A program made the position numbers and the translations under genes. A stretch of 38,292 bases of DNA from Seison nebaliae. Its lineage: Eukaryota. The stretch spans positions 1 to 38,292 of the forward strand of contig JALJEE010000683.1 in assembly GCA_023231475.1 (NCBI GenBank), written 5' to 3'. Under the pieces are notes generated by a model, which saw nothing but the letters and a program-made list of their open reading frames with translations, searched no databases and was not told where the DNA came from. Positions 13,501-24,304 of this stretch are shown here, in pieces (the first letter of the stretch is position 1; every line of letters starts with the position of its first letter).

Positions 13501-14769
13501 GAAAGAGAATCGTCGTCGTTTTTCGACGTCTTCCTACTCCACCTCAACAACCAGCAGTCGATCGATGTCACCATTGTCATCATCAGTCTCATCTTCCTCT
13601 TTTATGCATCACAGCGATCTAAGTATAACAGCATCTGATATGTCAGCTGTTAATGATATGTTTACATCGACTGATGAAATAGAATTAAATAAACGTCATT
13701 TACAACAACAACAACAACATCATCAAAGTGGTTTGAATAAAAAAGAAACGGATAAAATTGCCGATCATCCGATTCATACGTCAGCTGATTTGTTGATTGA
13801 TCAAGTTCCAACGACGTTCAGTATTTCCTCTTCATTGAAAGAAGAGAAGAATTATAATCCATCAACGAATCGTCCCACCAAATCGTCGAATCAACGTCGT
13901 CGATTAAAAAGACGTCCATTTGGCGCATCGTCGTCATCGTATCTCGTCGATAAATTGAATATATTTCGACGTTCTAGTTTGACTTCTTCATTATCATCAA
14001 CCGCTGATGGGACTTGTAGCTGGAAAGATCCAGGTCTTATGAATGATTATTGATCTTATTCGTCGCATCATTCCCATCGTTCCCTCTGTTTGTAATTCCT
14101 TTTTATTATCAGTCGAAATGTTTGTCTCTGCAAATTAATCACATTTTATGTTTACTAATTTTTGTATGAAAATATTCTGTTTGAAAATGATGAATGAATT
14201 AAAAAGAATGATTAATTTTCTTTTTTTTTGAAGAATCTGAAAAGAATCGCAAATATCAAACAAGTAAAACTCAGAGACTTAGCGTGGCTTTAAGTAAGAA
14301 TTAAATTTTCTTCTAAATTGATTTCGCTCAATCCTCCAATCTTTCATCTAATGATATGTGCTTGTAATTTTATCGCTAAAATTTTTTGAAAATTTTCCTC
14401 CTTCAAATTTTCTTCGTTTGAATTTCCCGTTGACTTTTTCTATCTTTCTCTTTATTAAAAGGAAACAAATTGAGTCGGAGTGCAAATCCACGTCCTTCCA
14501 GTCATGGCCCGTCAACTCAAGCGAGGACGTCGAACGTTTCCACTACTCATCATCCAACGACAGATGCGACGGAAACTGAATATAAAGAGAAACCCAGTCG
14601 AGTCATCGCAATTTACAGTTGTTCAGCTGATGATGAGTCAGAACTAAATTTTAATAAGGACGATATAATCGGCAACATTGAGACTACTGATGAGCCTGGT
14701 TGGTTGAAAGGGACATTAAATGGAGTGACCGGTCTCATACCGGAAAACTACGTGAAATTTATTGATTGA
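10594..14769 (+). CDS. GRAF/oligophrenin-family Rho GTPase-activating protein (BAR-PH-RhoGAP-SH3), ~14 exons
   Basis: BAR start LQPLEFSDALSDSPLFRERLHEHELELNRTS, then TDDEIVI, KKKFDKETQKYY, LQKVQEKKKFQFVE, FYHQGYE. PH: GYLF..TWQKHYCTY..IDRRFC. GAP: EPGIYRKNG, KTITSGIKYYLRHLKEPL, NQMHVANLSICFGPTIL. SH3: AIYSCSADDESELNF..EPGWLKGTLNGVTGLIPENYV. Donors at 10757, 10905, 11015, 11132, 11299, 11455, 11605, 11810, 11969, 12643, 13313, 14034 and 14293 all keep the frame. Confidence 0.93.
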
Positions 14770-15304
14770 TTAATTTTCGTTAATTGTCGTCGAACTGAAA
14801 ATATTTTAGATTTTCATTCTTTTTTTCTTTTCTTTCAATTTATTCGCTCTATTTATTCTAATTCGATGCTCAACATCTCACGCTAATGACGAATGGTGGA
14901 GTGCAACTACGTCTGCGAAGCAGTCTATTTATCAGCCAGAGAGTATTCTAATAATAATATTTCTTTTCAAAAAACATAAACATTATATTTATTCAATTAA
15001 TGTAATATCAATGTTAACGAATAATAAACTAATTGATTAATTTATGAATTCATATCCTCTCCAATTATCACAAATCAAATACCATTATCATTTTCTTTCA
15101 TTTATTTCATTACAATTTATAACTTTTCAATAAGAATTATACTATTTATTTATAACTTCAAATAAGAAACATTTGTTCACAAAATTAACTTTTACCACTT
15201 TCCAAGTGGGTGATTGAATGTGAAAAGGTTGAATGTTGGAAATATTCTCACCATATTCTGACGGTTTTAATTGTCGTTCTATAAATGGTTCTACCGGACA
15301 AAGT

Positions 15305-15453
15305 GAACAGTTCAACTCCTTTTTTAAAACTCCTTTTTTCACTTCGATGGACACTTCTACTCCTTTTTAGGAAATTACGGACAGTTCTACTCCGCTTTTT
15401 CTTGTTTTTGGACAGTTCTACTCCTGTCTTTTATAAGGTAGGACATTTCTACT
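15305..15453. repeat. Array of five ~15-bp motifs GGACA(G/C/T)TTCTACTCC with variable spacers; likely DNA-transposon subterminal repeats
   Basis: Copies start at 15305 (degenerate), 15349, 15379, 15410 and 15441, with spacing 44, 30, 31, 31. A partial inverted copy 'agagaaatgtcc' lies at ~15692-15703. Confidence 0.8.
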
Positions 15454-16081
15454 TATAATAAAAGAAACTTATAAAGAGTTAATTTTTGAACCAGAACTGA
15501 TGTAGATAAAATTCAGTTAGAACTTTTTTGAAAGAATTAATAGTTGATCATTTCTAGAGATGGATTGAACTAAAAATATAATTTTTTTTAATTCTTCAGA
15601 ATCAGGTCAAATTATAGTATTATATAACATTATATAATGGTTATTTATATATAGTTTTATGTTACATTATTGTTAAGTGTACTTAAAATAAAGAGAAATG
15701 TCCAATTAAATTTTTCGGTAAAAGTCTCTTTGTTGTGTCATGAACGAAATTTTTTTTTCTCCTAAAAATTAACATATACAATACGACAATTTTAAACAAC
15801 TTAATATTTTCAGATTTTTAATTTATAAATTTTTTTTCGAGATATTTAAAAATTTTAAGCTTCTTAAAACGTTCAAACAAAAGTTTTCAAAAATAGAAAT
15901 ATTAATTAGATCAAAAAAAAATTATTAAACTCCAGGTTATTAACCTTAATTATTATTATTATTAATATTATGCTAATTATTTAATTTAAAATTTAAAGAA
16001 AAAATCTTAAGAAATTTGATTTATATCATTTCATGAACAATTTGATGTTGCAGCTTATCGGAGGTGTGTGTGTTTTCCATC

Positions 16082-16515
16082 ATGAATCAATCGACAAAAA
16101 TGATAAAGTTGAAAGATTCAGAAGATGACGATATAGCAATTCCAATAGGCACAAACAAATCGGGTCGTCCATGGAAAGCAGCGAAATGCCAATCGTTAAT
16201 TAAAATTAATTTCACTTTAAAACTTTAAAAAATAAAAATAGATTTGGACAATTTTGTCGAACATCGAAAACATCGAAGAGTTCGTGGGAGAAGAAGATGA
16301 AGGAGAGAAACGATCGTGAACGGATCAAGAATCATGAGCAATCCTTGAAATTAGTTCGAAAGGAAACCAAATGGGAATTGAAAGAGAGACAGCGGAAGAA
16401 CGCTGAAAGAAGGAAAATGAATGAACGGAAAGCAGAAGTTGTACAACCGATAAAAAATCCGAATAAGTTGAAGAGATTGAAGAGAAAACAATTAAGGAAA
16501 ATTGAAACAAGATAA
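16082..16515 (+). CDS. CCDC86: Coiled-coil domain-containing 86 / Cgr1-family nucleolar protein, 2 exons
   Basis: IPIGTNKSGRPWK..SSWEKKMKER..NERKAEVVQPIKNPNKLKRLKRKQLRKIETR. Intron gttaat..atag. Confidence 0.9.
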
Positions 16516-17459
16516 ATTTTTATTTTGAATTATATTTTCCTATTTTTTCTGTGTAAATCAAATTCATAAAATTCATTTTCATGTTTTCTCCAAAACTATT
16601 GACAGGTGGAGATCATTGTCATTTATTTGTTTTTTGTTGAAAAGAATTTGTTGAATTTGCAATATGTTGATTGTATGAAATTAACTTCCAAACATTTAGC
16701 ATATGTCCCACTAATTTTTCTTATGTAATCTTAATAATTACGTTAGTTTATTGCACAACTAAAAGAAAAGAAGTTTTATTTATCCGAAAAGTAGAATAGT
16801 TTCTGAAACATTTTTTTAATTTATTAATTCTTTCCATATTAAACAAAGTTTCTTCATTTAACAATTCAATCGAGAAAAGATGAACGTCAACGATGGAAAA
16901 GAAACGTGTAAAATTCAGATACCTGATCGTTAGTAAAAGACATGTACCGAATTAATTAAGATGTCGAGAATTTTTTACAGGAGAGAATTGTTTTAAATGA
17001 TGATACGGACTGCGTCGATTGTCTTTCTATTGGATTTCCTTTTTCATTCTTTCCATTTCTTTTTCCTTTTCGTTTAGTTTCAGATTTGTTGGTCGTCTCA
17101 GTGATTACATATCGAAAGTCGAATTTCAATTAGTGGAGTGTGTAAGTCAGATATCCATCATTTGTTTGAGTAGAAGATTAGGAGAATTTGCAGGGATTGG
17201 GAAGTGGGAGAGGAAGTAGGAGTAGATTTATTTTGGGAAAATCAATTTTTATTAAAATTTCGGCTCCTCTTCTTTTGTGTGTTTGGAGGGTGAGAGAGGA
17301 ATAAATAGAAAGACATATACGTACAAACACATACACATACACACCATTATATACTTCATCTAGTCTAGTCAATTGAATTAATATTCTCTTTTTTTCCTTT
17401 CTTTTTTTTTCATTAATTTGACATCATTGGTGGAAAAAAAATTTGAAGAACATAATCAG

Positions 17460-19501
17460 ATGTTATACAAAGTTTCTACTATCTTCTACTTTCTTCTTCT
17501 TAATTTTCTCTTTCTAATTCGAAAAAAAACTAATCGTTTAATCAATTCTCATTTAATGTCATTCCAATCGAATTTGGTATGGTCCAATAAAAAAATGATC
17601 ATCAGGAAGATACTGATGACGAAACGAATTTATACCAACAAAATTCACCAAGTGAATTCCCTCCAGTTCGAATGAATAATAATTCTCCTTCTCATATATT
17701 AACCGATACCGAAATGGCCCCACCTAATCATAATCTGTTAGTTCTCCTTTAAATTATAATTGATTTCGTTGGAAATATGCTCAGAAATAAAGTAGCATCA
17801 TACGAGAAAACATATGAAGTGTTGGACGGTGACGAAATCTTCCAAATGATGAATGCCACAATTACGAGTGTTCAAGACGTCATCAATTATGAGTCACGTG
17901 CAAGAATCAGATTATTTCTCTTCGCTTGCAAATGGGATCGAGATCGATTATTAGAACGATATTTTGAAGATCCTGATCGACTGATCAAAGATGCACAAAT
18001 TCCTTCAGACGAAATTGAGACGGTGGAGGAGAGTAATGAAAAGAAGATGAATTGTCTCGTTTGTTGGGACATGTTCGATGTGGACGAATTAATTTCCTTA
18101 CAATGTAATCATGTTTTCTGTAAGGATTGTTGGAAATCCTATTTATCCAATTCTATTATACAATCTGCATTCAGTTCTGTTAATTATTTCCTTTTTACTC
18201 TCATTACCCATAATCATTCATAGGTAATCACTTGTCCTTATTTAAAATGTTCGTCCATGTTGGAAGACGAACAAGTTGAGTTAGCATCTTTAATTTAATA
18301 TGATAATATAATAAAATAATTATATTTTGAAACGAATCAATATTTTTATATATTTTAGACAATTCTTAAATGACCAAGTCTTATATGAGAAATATGTTCG
18401 ACTCATAATCAAAGCATTCGTATCTGTTGGAATTTTTAAAAAAAATCGTTTTTTTTTTATACAAATCATTTTTATTGTAGTGGAACCGTCTCATAAAATG
18501 GTGTACGAAACCGGATTGTCAATATGCAATAATTCTCCCACATTTAGAAGTGAAGAATGTAAAATGTAAATGCGGACACGAATTCTGCTTCGGTTGTGGC
18601 CAATCGATACATGATCCGGTCAAATGTGATCTGTTACGAATGTGGCTGAAGAAATGTGCCGATGATTCAGAGACATTCACATGGATAACGGTGAATACGA
18701 AAGTTAATTGAATTTGAACGAATTTCCTTTAAAGTCATGTGGTTAGGAATGTCCGAAATGTCGAGCTGTAATCGAAAAGAATGGGGGTTGTAATCATATG
18801 ATCTGCCGGAACGCATGTTGTAAATTTGAATTTTGTTGGGTGTGTCTCGGTGATTGGGGTCCTCACGGTTCTGCTTGGTACAATTGTAATCGTTACAATG
18901 AAGACGATACGAAGAAAGCGAGAAAGGCTCAAGACATTTCACGCGCTCATCTTCAACGATATTTATTCTATTGTAATCGATATATGAATCATTTACAAAG
19001 TCTTCGATTGGAGAAGAAATTGTATGATAAAGTGAACGAAAAAGAAGAGGAATTGCAACAACGTGCTGGTATGTCATGGATAGAAGTACAATTCCTTAAG
19101 CATGCTGTAGATATCTTACAATTCTGCCGAAGAACATTAATGTACACATATGTCTTTGCTTTCTACCTCGATAAAAATAATGAATCACAAATTTTTGAAG
19201 TTTTCTTTTTCAAATAATTCATAATTTTTCAACGTGTTCACAACAAGGATAATCAAAAAGATGTTGAAATAGTGACTGAACAATTATCTGGCTATTTGGA
19301 ACGAGAGTTGACGGAAGAAGATTTAGGGAATATTAAACAGAAAGTACAAGATAAATATCGGTTCGTAACGAAATATTTCCATAAGATTTTTTTAAAATTA
19401 ATTCTCCTTTTAGATATTGTCAACAACGAATAAAGAAACTTCTCAGTCATGTTCAAGAAGGTTATGAGAAAGATTATTGGGTTTATAAGAAAGATTTATA
19501 G
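17460..19501 (+). CDS. ARIH1: E3 ubiquitin ligase ariadne-1 (RBR family), 9 exons
   Basis: [16 protein letters not shown]1: [61 protein letters not shown]2: [28 protein letters not shown]. Ariadne domain: [50 protein letters not shown]. All 8 introns start GTT. First exon MLYK is inferred. Confidence 0.95.
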
Positions 19502-19646
19502 AAAAATTTATATGAATGAACAATTATATTTTATTACAAATTTTGCCTTTATTTTTATGACATTCACTATTAACCATGTAATATTTCTTTGTCAATCTTT
19601 ATTTATATTCATCAATGGACCAAAATTAAACTCTCAAACTATTTCA

Positions 19647-20702
19647 TTAATAAACCGATATTCCTTTCATTGAGATATCACCCGTTTCACTATCTACTCC
19701 TGTATCCCAATCGTAATGATAATCTAAAATAAATCGATTTTCTCCAAACACACTTCGTACCTCATTTCTCATGGCATTATAATCGAGTATATGATTCGGA
19801 TTCGCATGTGTAGTATAATGTAACAACGTCTTGAACAGTTGATGTGCACCTGGATAATTCTCGAGAGAATAAGATTCTTTCGACAATCGAATATCTTTAT
19901 TCAATTTTGAACTATTCGAAGAAGAAAAGTGTCGCCATGGCAACGAACTGCCTGACAAGAAGATCAACATATAAATCAATGCTTCCATATCATCTTTCGG
20001 ATATAGATATTTGTTACAATGTGCATTAATCGATGCAAATCTCGGTGTTCCCACAATCGAATTGTCACATTCAACATCGATTTCTACGTAATTCATATCG
20101 TACAATTTGGCTAAGCCAAAATCGATGATATAAATCCGGAACGAATTCTTCCCCAAACCAATGACGCAATTCTCGGGTTTGAGATCTCGATGAATAATTC
20201 CACGTCGATGAATCCATTCCAATCGAGAAATTAATTGATCAGTTATCATTAATATGGTTTTCAAGGAGAATGCTCTCATCGGCATTTTCCGCACCAAATA
20301 GGCCAATGACGGTCCCAATCGATCCATTAATAAAATATTAAATTGTTCAACTATCAAAATAGTCAACATGGTCATGAAAGAAAGGAAAATATAGGAAGAG
20401 GAATTTGTCTAACCTTTTCCATTTTCTAGTGCCAAATGTTGACCTTCGAAATATGCCAATACATTACTGATGGCGACGCCACCATGTAATTTTCGATTAA
20501 TACGATATTCGAATTTGAGAGATTGAATTCTCTTCTTATTAATATATTTGATATATGGTTCGATTTTAGCGACGAGTTGAACGACATCATGTTTCCTCTT
20601 CAATGTGCCCTCTTGAGGACGTAAAGTATAAATAGAACCGAATGATCCACTGTTCAATTTACGTTTAACTTGGAAATTTTTTAAGAATTCAGATTTAGTC
20701 AT
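19647..20702 (-). CDS. Divergent casein kinase 1 family kinase (paralog B), 2 exons
   Basis: NSGSFGSIY, VAKIE, LGPSL, FSLKTILMITDQLISRLEWIH, HRDLKPEN, IIDFGLAK, GTPRFASINAH. Intron gttaga..atag (~20351-20413). Confidence 0.9.
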
Positions 20703-20849
20703 TTGTTGTAGAATGTTAATGAAAATGAAATTGTAAAATAGGAAAAAAGAAAGAAAAATTAGAAATTGAGATGAGAGAAACAATTATATATAATTTATCT
20801 ATAACAACTTTCATTGAATTTGTGGGAGTGAGAAGAAAATAATTTCCAT

Positions 20850-21937
20850 TCAGTTCTTATTACGGGTATCAGTTAACGGATATCCATGAGTGACGTTACT
20901 CTTCTCACCAGCAGTAGCTCGTGCACCCGAAGTATGAGCGTCAACCGGATGTGCCATTTGATCAAGATCGAGTGTGGTTGGTGCAGTATCATCACCATCC
21001 CAATCATAGATGAAATCTAAGACGAAATTTTGAGCTCTAAATAAATCACGCATTTGTTGACGGATGTAATGATAATCTGGTTTTTGTTCATATTCTAAAT
21101 TTTTTGCATAATCTAAGAATGTGGCAAAGACTTCCGGTGCATTTTTACATAAGGCTTTCGTCGAAATCGCTTGTTTCATCTCTTTAATTTTTGCATATTT
21201 CTGTTTGTGTGTCACCGCTTTCAATCCTTGCCATGGTAATCGTCCTAAATGGAAATATAACAACACATATCCAAGTGCTTCCAAATCATCTCGACGTGAC
21301 TGTTCATAACCGACATGAGCATTGATTGATGCATAACGAGGCGTTCCTGTCAATGATTTACCTTCACGAAACGGTAAATGACCGTTTTTCTGATCATAAA
21401 ATTTTTTGGCTAATCCGAAATCGATAATATAAACGCGTTTCGCATGTTTGTCCAATCCCATCATGAAGTTGTCGGGTTTGATGTCTCGGTGGAGAATGTC
21501 GCGACTATGAAGAAATTCGAGTCGCGTCACCATCTGATCACCCAACATCAAGATGGTTTTGAGAGAGAACTTGTTATCTAATTTTTCAAATAAATCTTCT
21601 AAGCTAATTCGAAGACGTTCCATAATCATAATATTCCATTTTTCAAATTCGCCATAATGATAAACGGCGGGAATTCCAATTCCATTCTGCAACAATTTAA
21701 ATACGCGAAATTCATATTGTAATTGTTTCAATTGTTCTGCAAACGGATTAGAAAGGAATGATGAAGGAGATGTAATTGACCTTTTAGTGGTTCGAACTTA
21801 ACTGCAACAACATCACCGGTCGATTCGTGGACAGCCGTATAGACGTCACCGAAAGAACCGGACCCTAATAACTCTTTCAATCGCCATTGTTTGTTGATGA
21901 CTTTCTCGTAAGGATTTTTAAAATTCGTCTTTGACAT
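20850..21937 (-). CDS. Casein kinase 1 family kinase (paralog A), 2 coding exons
   Basis: GSGSFGDVY, VAVKFE, QLQYE, HRDIKPDNF, IIDFGLAKKF, KSLTGTPRYASINAH, EQSRRDDLEALGY, LPWQGLKA. Intron gtcaat..gcag. Confidence 0.95.
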
Positions 21938-22061
21938 TGTGCGAAAATGAAAAAAAAGAAGAGTAAAACAAAAAAATACAATAGAAAGTCTCACTTACTA
22001 GTTGCCCATACGAACGAAAGTGAAAAGGAAAACTAAATATTAAGTGAAACTATTGAAAAAA

Positions 22062-22685
22062 ATGTTGTTTCAATTTCTGATTCTTATACTCCATCTAATC
22101 TGTGATGTGCTAACAATCATCGATCTGGAATCATTCGTATTCTCATGTGAGAAGAAGAGTTTCAATGATGCTCAATTACACTGTCAATCGAACAACACAT
22201 TCCTGCTCTCTAACGTCGAATTAGATACGATCAACAGTTTGTTGAATTGCGGACGAATTGAATCGAATACTCATCTTTCATTTTGGCTAGACGGACGAGC
22301 TAATGGAAATGGCACATTTGAATGGAGGAACTCGAACGAAACGATCAGTTGGCTGTACATCCCCAGAGAGATGGTGAAGGAGAACGATTGCTTAACAGTC
22401 AGTCGAGAGAAGTCGGGAATAATTTCATTTTGGCCGAGTAACTGTGATTCGAGTGAGACACATTCCGTCATCTGTATCGACGACATCTCACAAACGTTAT
22501 GTGAGAAGAAGACAAAAAAGAATCTGAAGACATTCGAACGTCACATCAACGAGTATTTTGAATATAGAGATTTTCATCGAACCCTCTCAATTTGGTACCT
22601 GGTGGCCACATCGGTCGTTGTGTTGATAGCCGTTCTTCCTTTCTTCCTCTACGACATTGTCAATCGTCGGCGTGTATTCTTATGA
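22062..22685 (+). CDS. Single-pass membrane protein with a C-type lectin-like domain
   Basis: Signal peptide MLFQFLILILHLIC. CTLD pattern KKSFNDAQLHC..FWLDG..FEW..DCL..WPSNC..VIC. C-terminal TM helix followed by RRR. Confidence 0.75.
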   Translation: MLFQFLILILHLICDVLTIIDLESFVFSCEKKSFNDAQLHCQSNNTFLLSNVELDTINSLLNCGRIESNTHLSFWLDGRANGNGTFEWRNSNETISWLYIPREMVKENDCLTVSREKSGIISFWPSNCDSSETHSVICIDDISQTLCEKKTKKNLKTFERHINEYFEYRDFHRTLSIWYLVATSVVVLIAVLPFFLYDIVNRRRVFL

Positions 22686-22787
22686 TATTTCCTCGTTTCC
22701 TTCTTATTAATTTCTTCAATTTATCTCTCTTTTTTTTTCTTGAGATAAGTGAAGTGGAAATGTGACGATGTATTTATACTTTATTTT

Positions 22788-22978
22788 ATCATCATCATCA
22801 TCATCATTATTATAAATTATTATTATAAATTATTATTATTATTATTATTGTTATTATTATGAGGAGATCGTCATTGAAATAAAGGAAGAAAATTGAATTG
22901 TAATTTTCTATAATTCATAAGACTATTCTATTGTTATTGTTGTTGTTGTTGTTGTTGTTGATGATGATGATGATGATA
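22788..22978. repeat. Compound trinucleotide microsatellites (ATC/ATT, GTT/GAT)
   Basis: Direct reading of the sequence. Confidence 0.85.
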
Positions 22979-23273
22979 ACAGTTAAATATAATTTTCTTA
23001 TTAGTAACATGAGGATGAAATTGATTTAGTTGTATATAATAAAAAAATTTAATTCACCACCTTCTTCTACATCATCATATCTACGTAACAACAACAACAA
23101 CAATATTACCGTACAAGTACACATCATTATCGAAAATTTGAAGTTTTCCTTTCCTTCCTCTTCTTCTTCTTTTCATTTTTATATTTCATTGAATAAAACG
23201 ATTAAGGGACGTCGAAAGACAGATTGTTTTCACTTTGTTGTAGATTCGATTTTTTCAAGTTTCGCGGAGGAAT

Positions 23274-24182
23274 ATGTTCTATGCAGTCGTAAAAAAGAAG
23301 AAGAACAATGATGATGTTATGAGTTGTGATGAAAGTGTTTCCTCTTATCAAACAATGAGACGACCAGGGAACAAATTATCGGTTGGCAAACATCAACCGA
23401 GATATTTCGGTATTCGGCATATTGATGAGATTAAGAAAATTAGAGAAATCAATTCGTATCAACAAACTGGAAAGAAAGTGACTTTCATTGAGAATCATCA
23501 TCATCAGAAGAAGATGAATGATGAAAATATTGATGATACAACTTCCACTTTTACCGTTCCATCCTCCTCCACCACCATCACTCCACGGAATTCATCGAAA
23601 GAATTAATTTCTTCTTCTTATTATCTTTTACCGAAACAAATTAGTGACAAGAAATGTGAAGGGAAAACGATCAATGTCAATATCAAACAAGATGAAGATC
23701 ATATCTATCAAGCACCTCTACGACAGAAAGATGAGGAGAATATGAAAATTGAAAAAACGTTCAATAATGAAATAAAATATTCGAATATCAATCTTTCTAG
23801 CGAGAATGAATCGAATTCATCGGGAAACACAACTCTCACTAACGAGAGGAGTTACGAGAATAGTGGAGCAACAGCAAATGATGATTCTACGAATCCATTT
23901 CATGATTCGAGTTCAATGAGAAAATTCGGTATGTTATCTGACAAGAGGAATAAAGAATATTCAGCAGCTCAATTAGATAATATTAGTAATCGAAATAACT
24001 ATATTAATAATACTCATTCATTAGACAATAAAATGAGTGAACTGAATAATTATGAGAATCATCATAAGAATAAGATAAAATTGAATTTCGATGTGAACTA
24101 TGATAATCAGAAGAATGATAAGAATTGCTATGTTAATCAAATGAATCATTGTGGTGAAGGACTCCAAACATTTCATCAAACA

Positions 24183-24227
<45 letters not shown>

Positions 24228-24270
24228 CATCATGATCGTTATCATTATAATAATTCTCTTAATTCCCGTC

Positions 24271-24304
<34 letters not shown>

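Noticed and set aside
14870..14945. SECIS-like or other structured RNA after the GRAF stop
   Set aside because: The ATGA/AA/GA spacing does not fit SECIS, and no in-frame Sec TGA is needed in the gene.
15305..15453. CRISPR array
   Set aside because: Repeats and spacers are only ~15 bp, the context is eukaryotic and there are no cas genes.
20672..20814. Alternative first exon MKVVIDKLYII for CK1 paralog B via a gtttct..caag intron
   Set aside because: GT-AG splicing gives a frameshift. The ATG at 20702 already gives a CK1-like start (MTKSEF..FQVKRKL). It would work only if the (TA)n tract has an extra unit.
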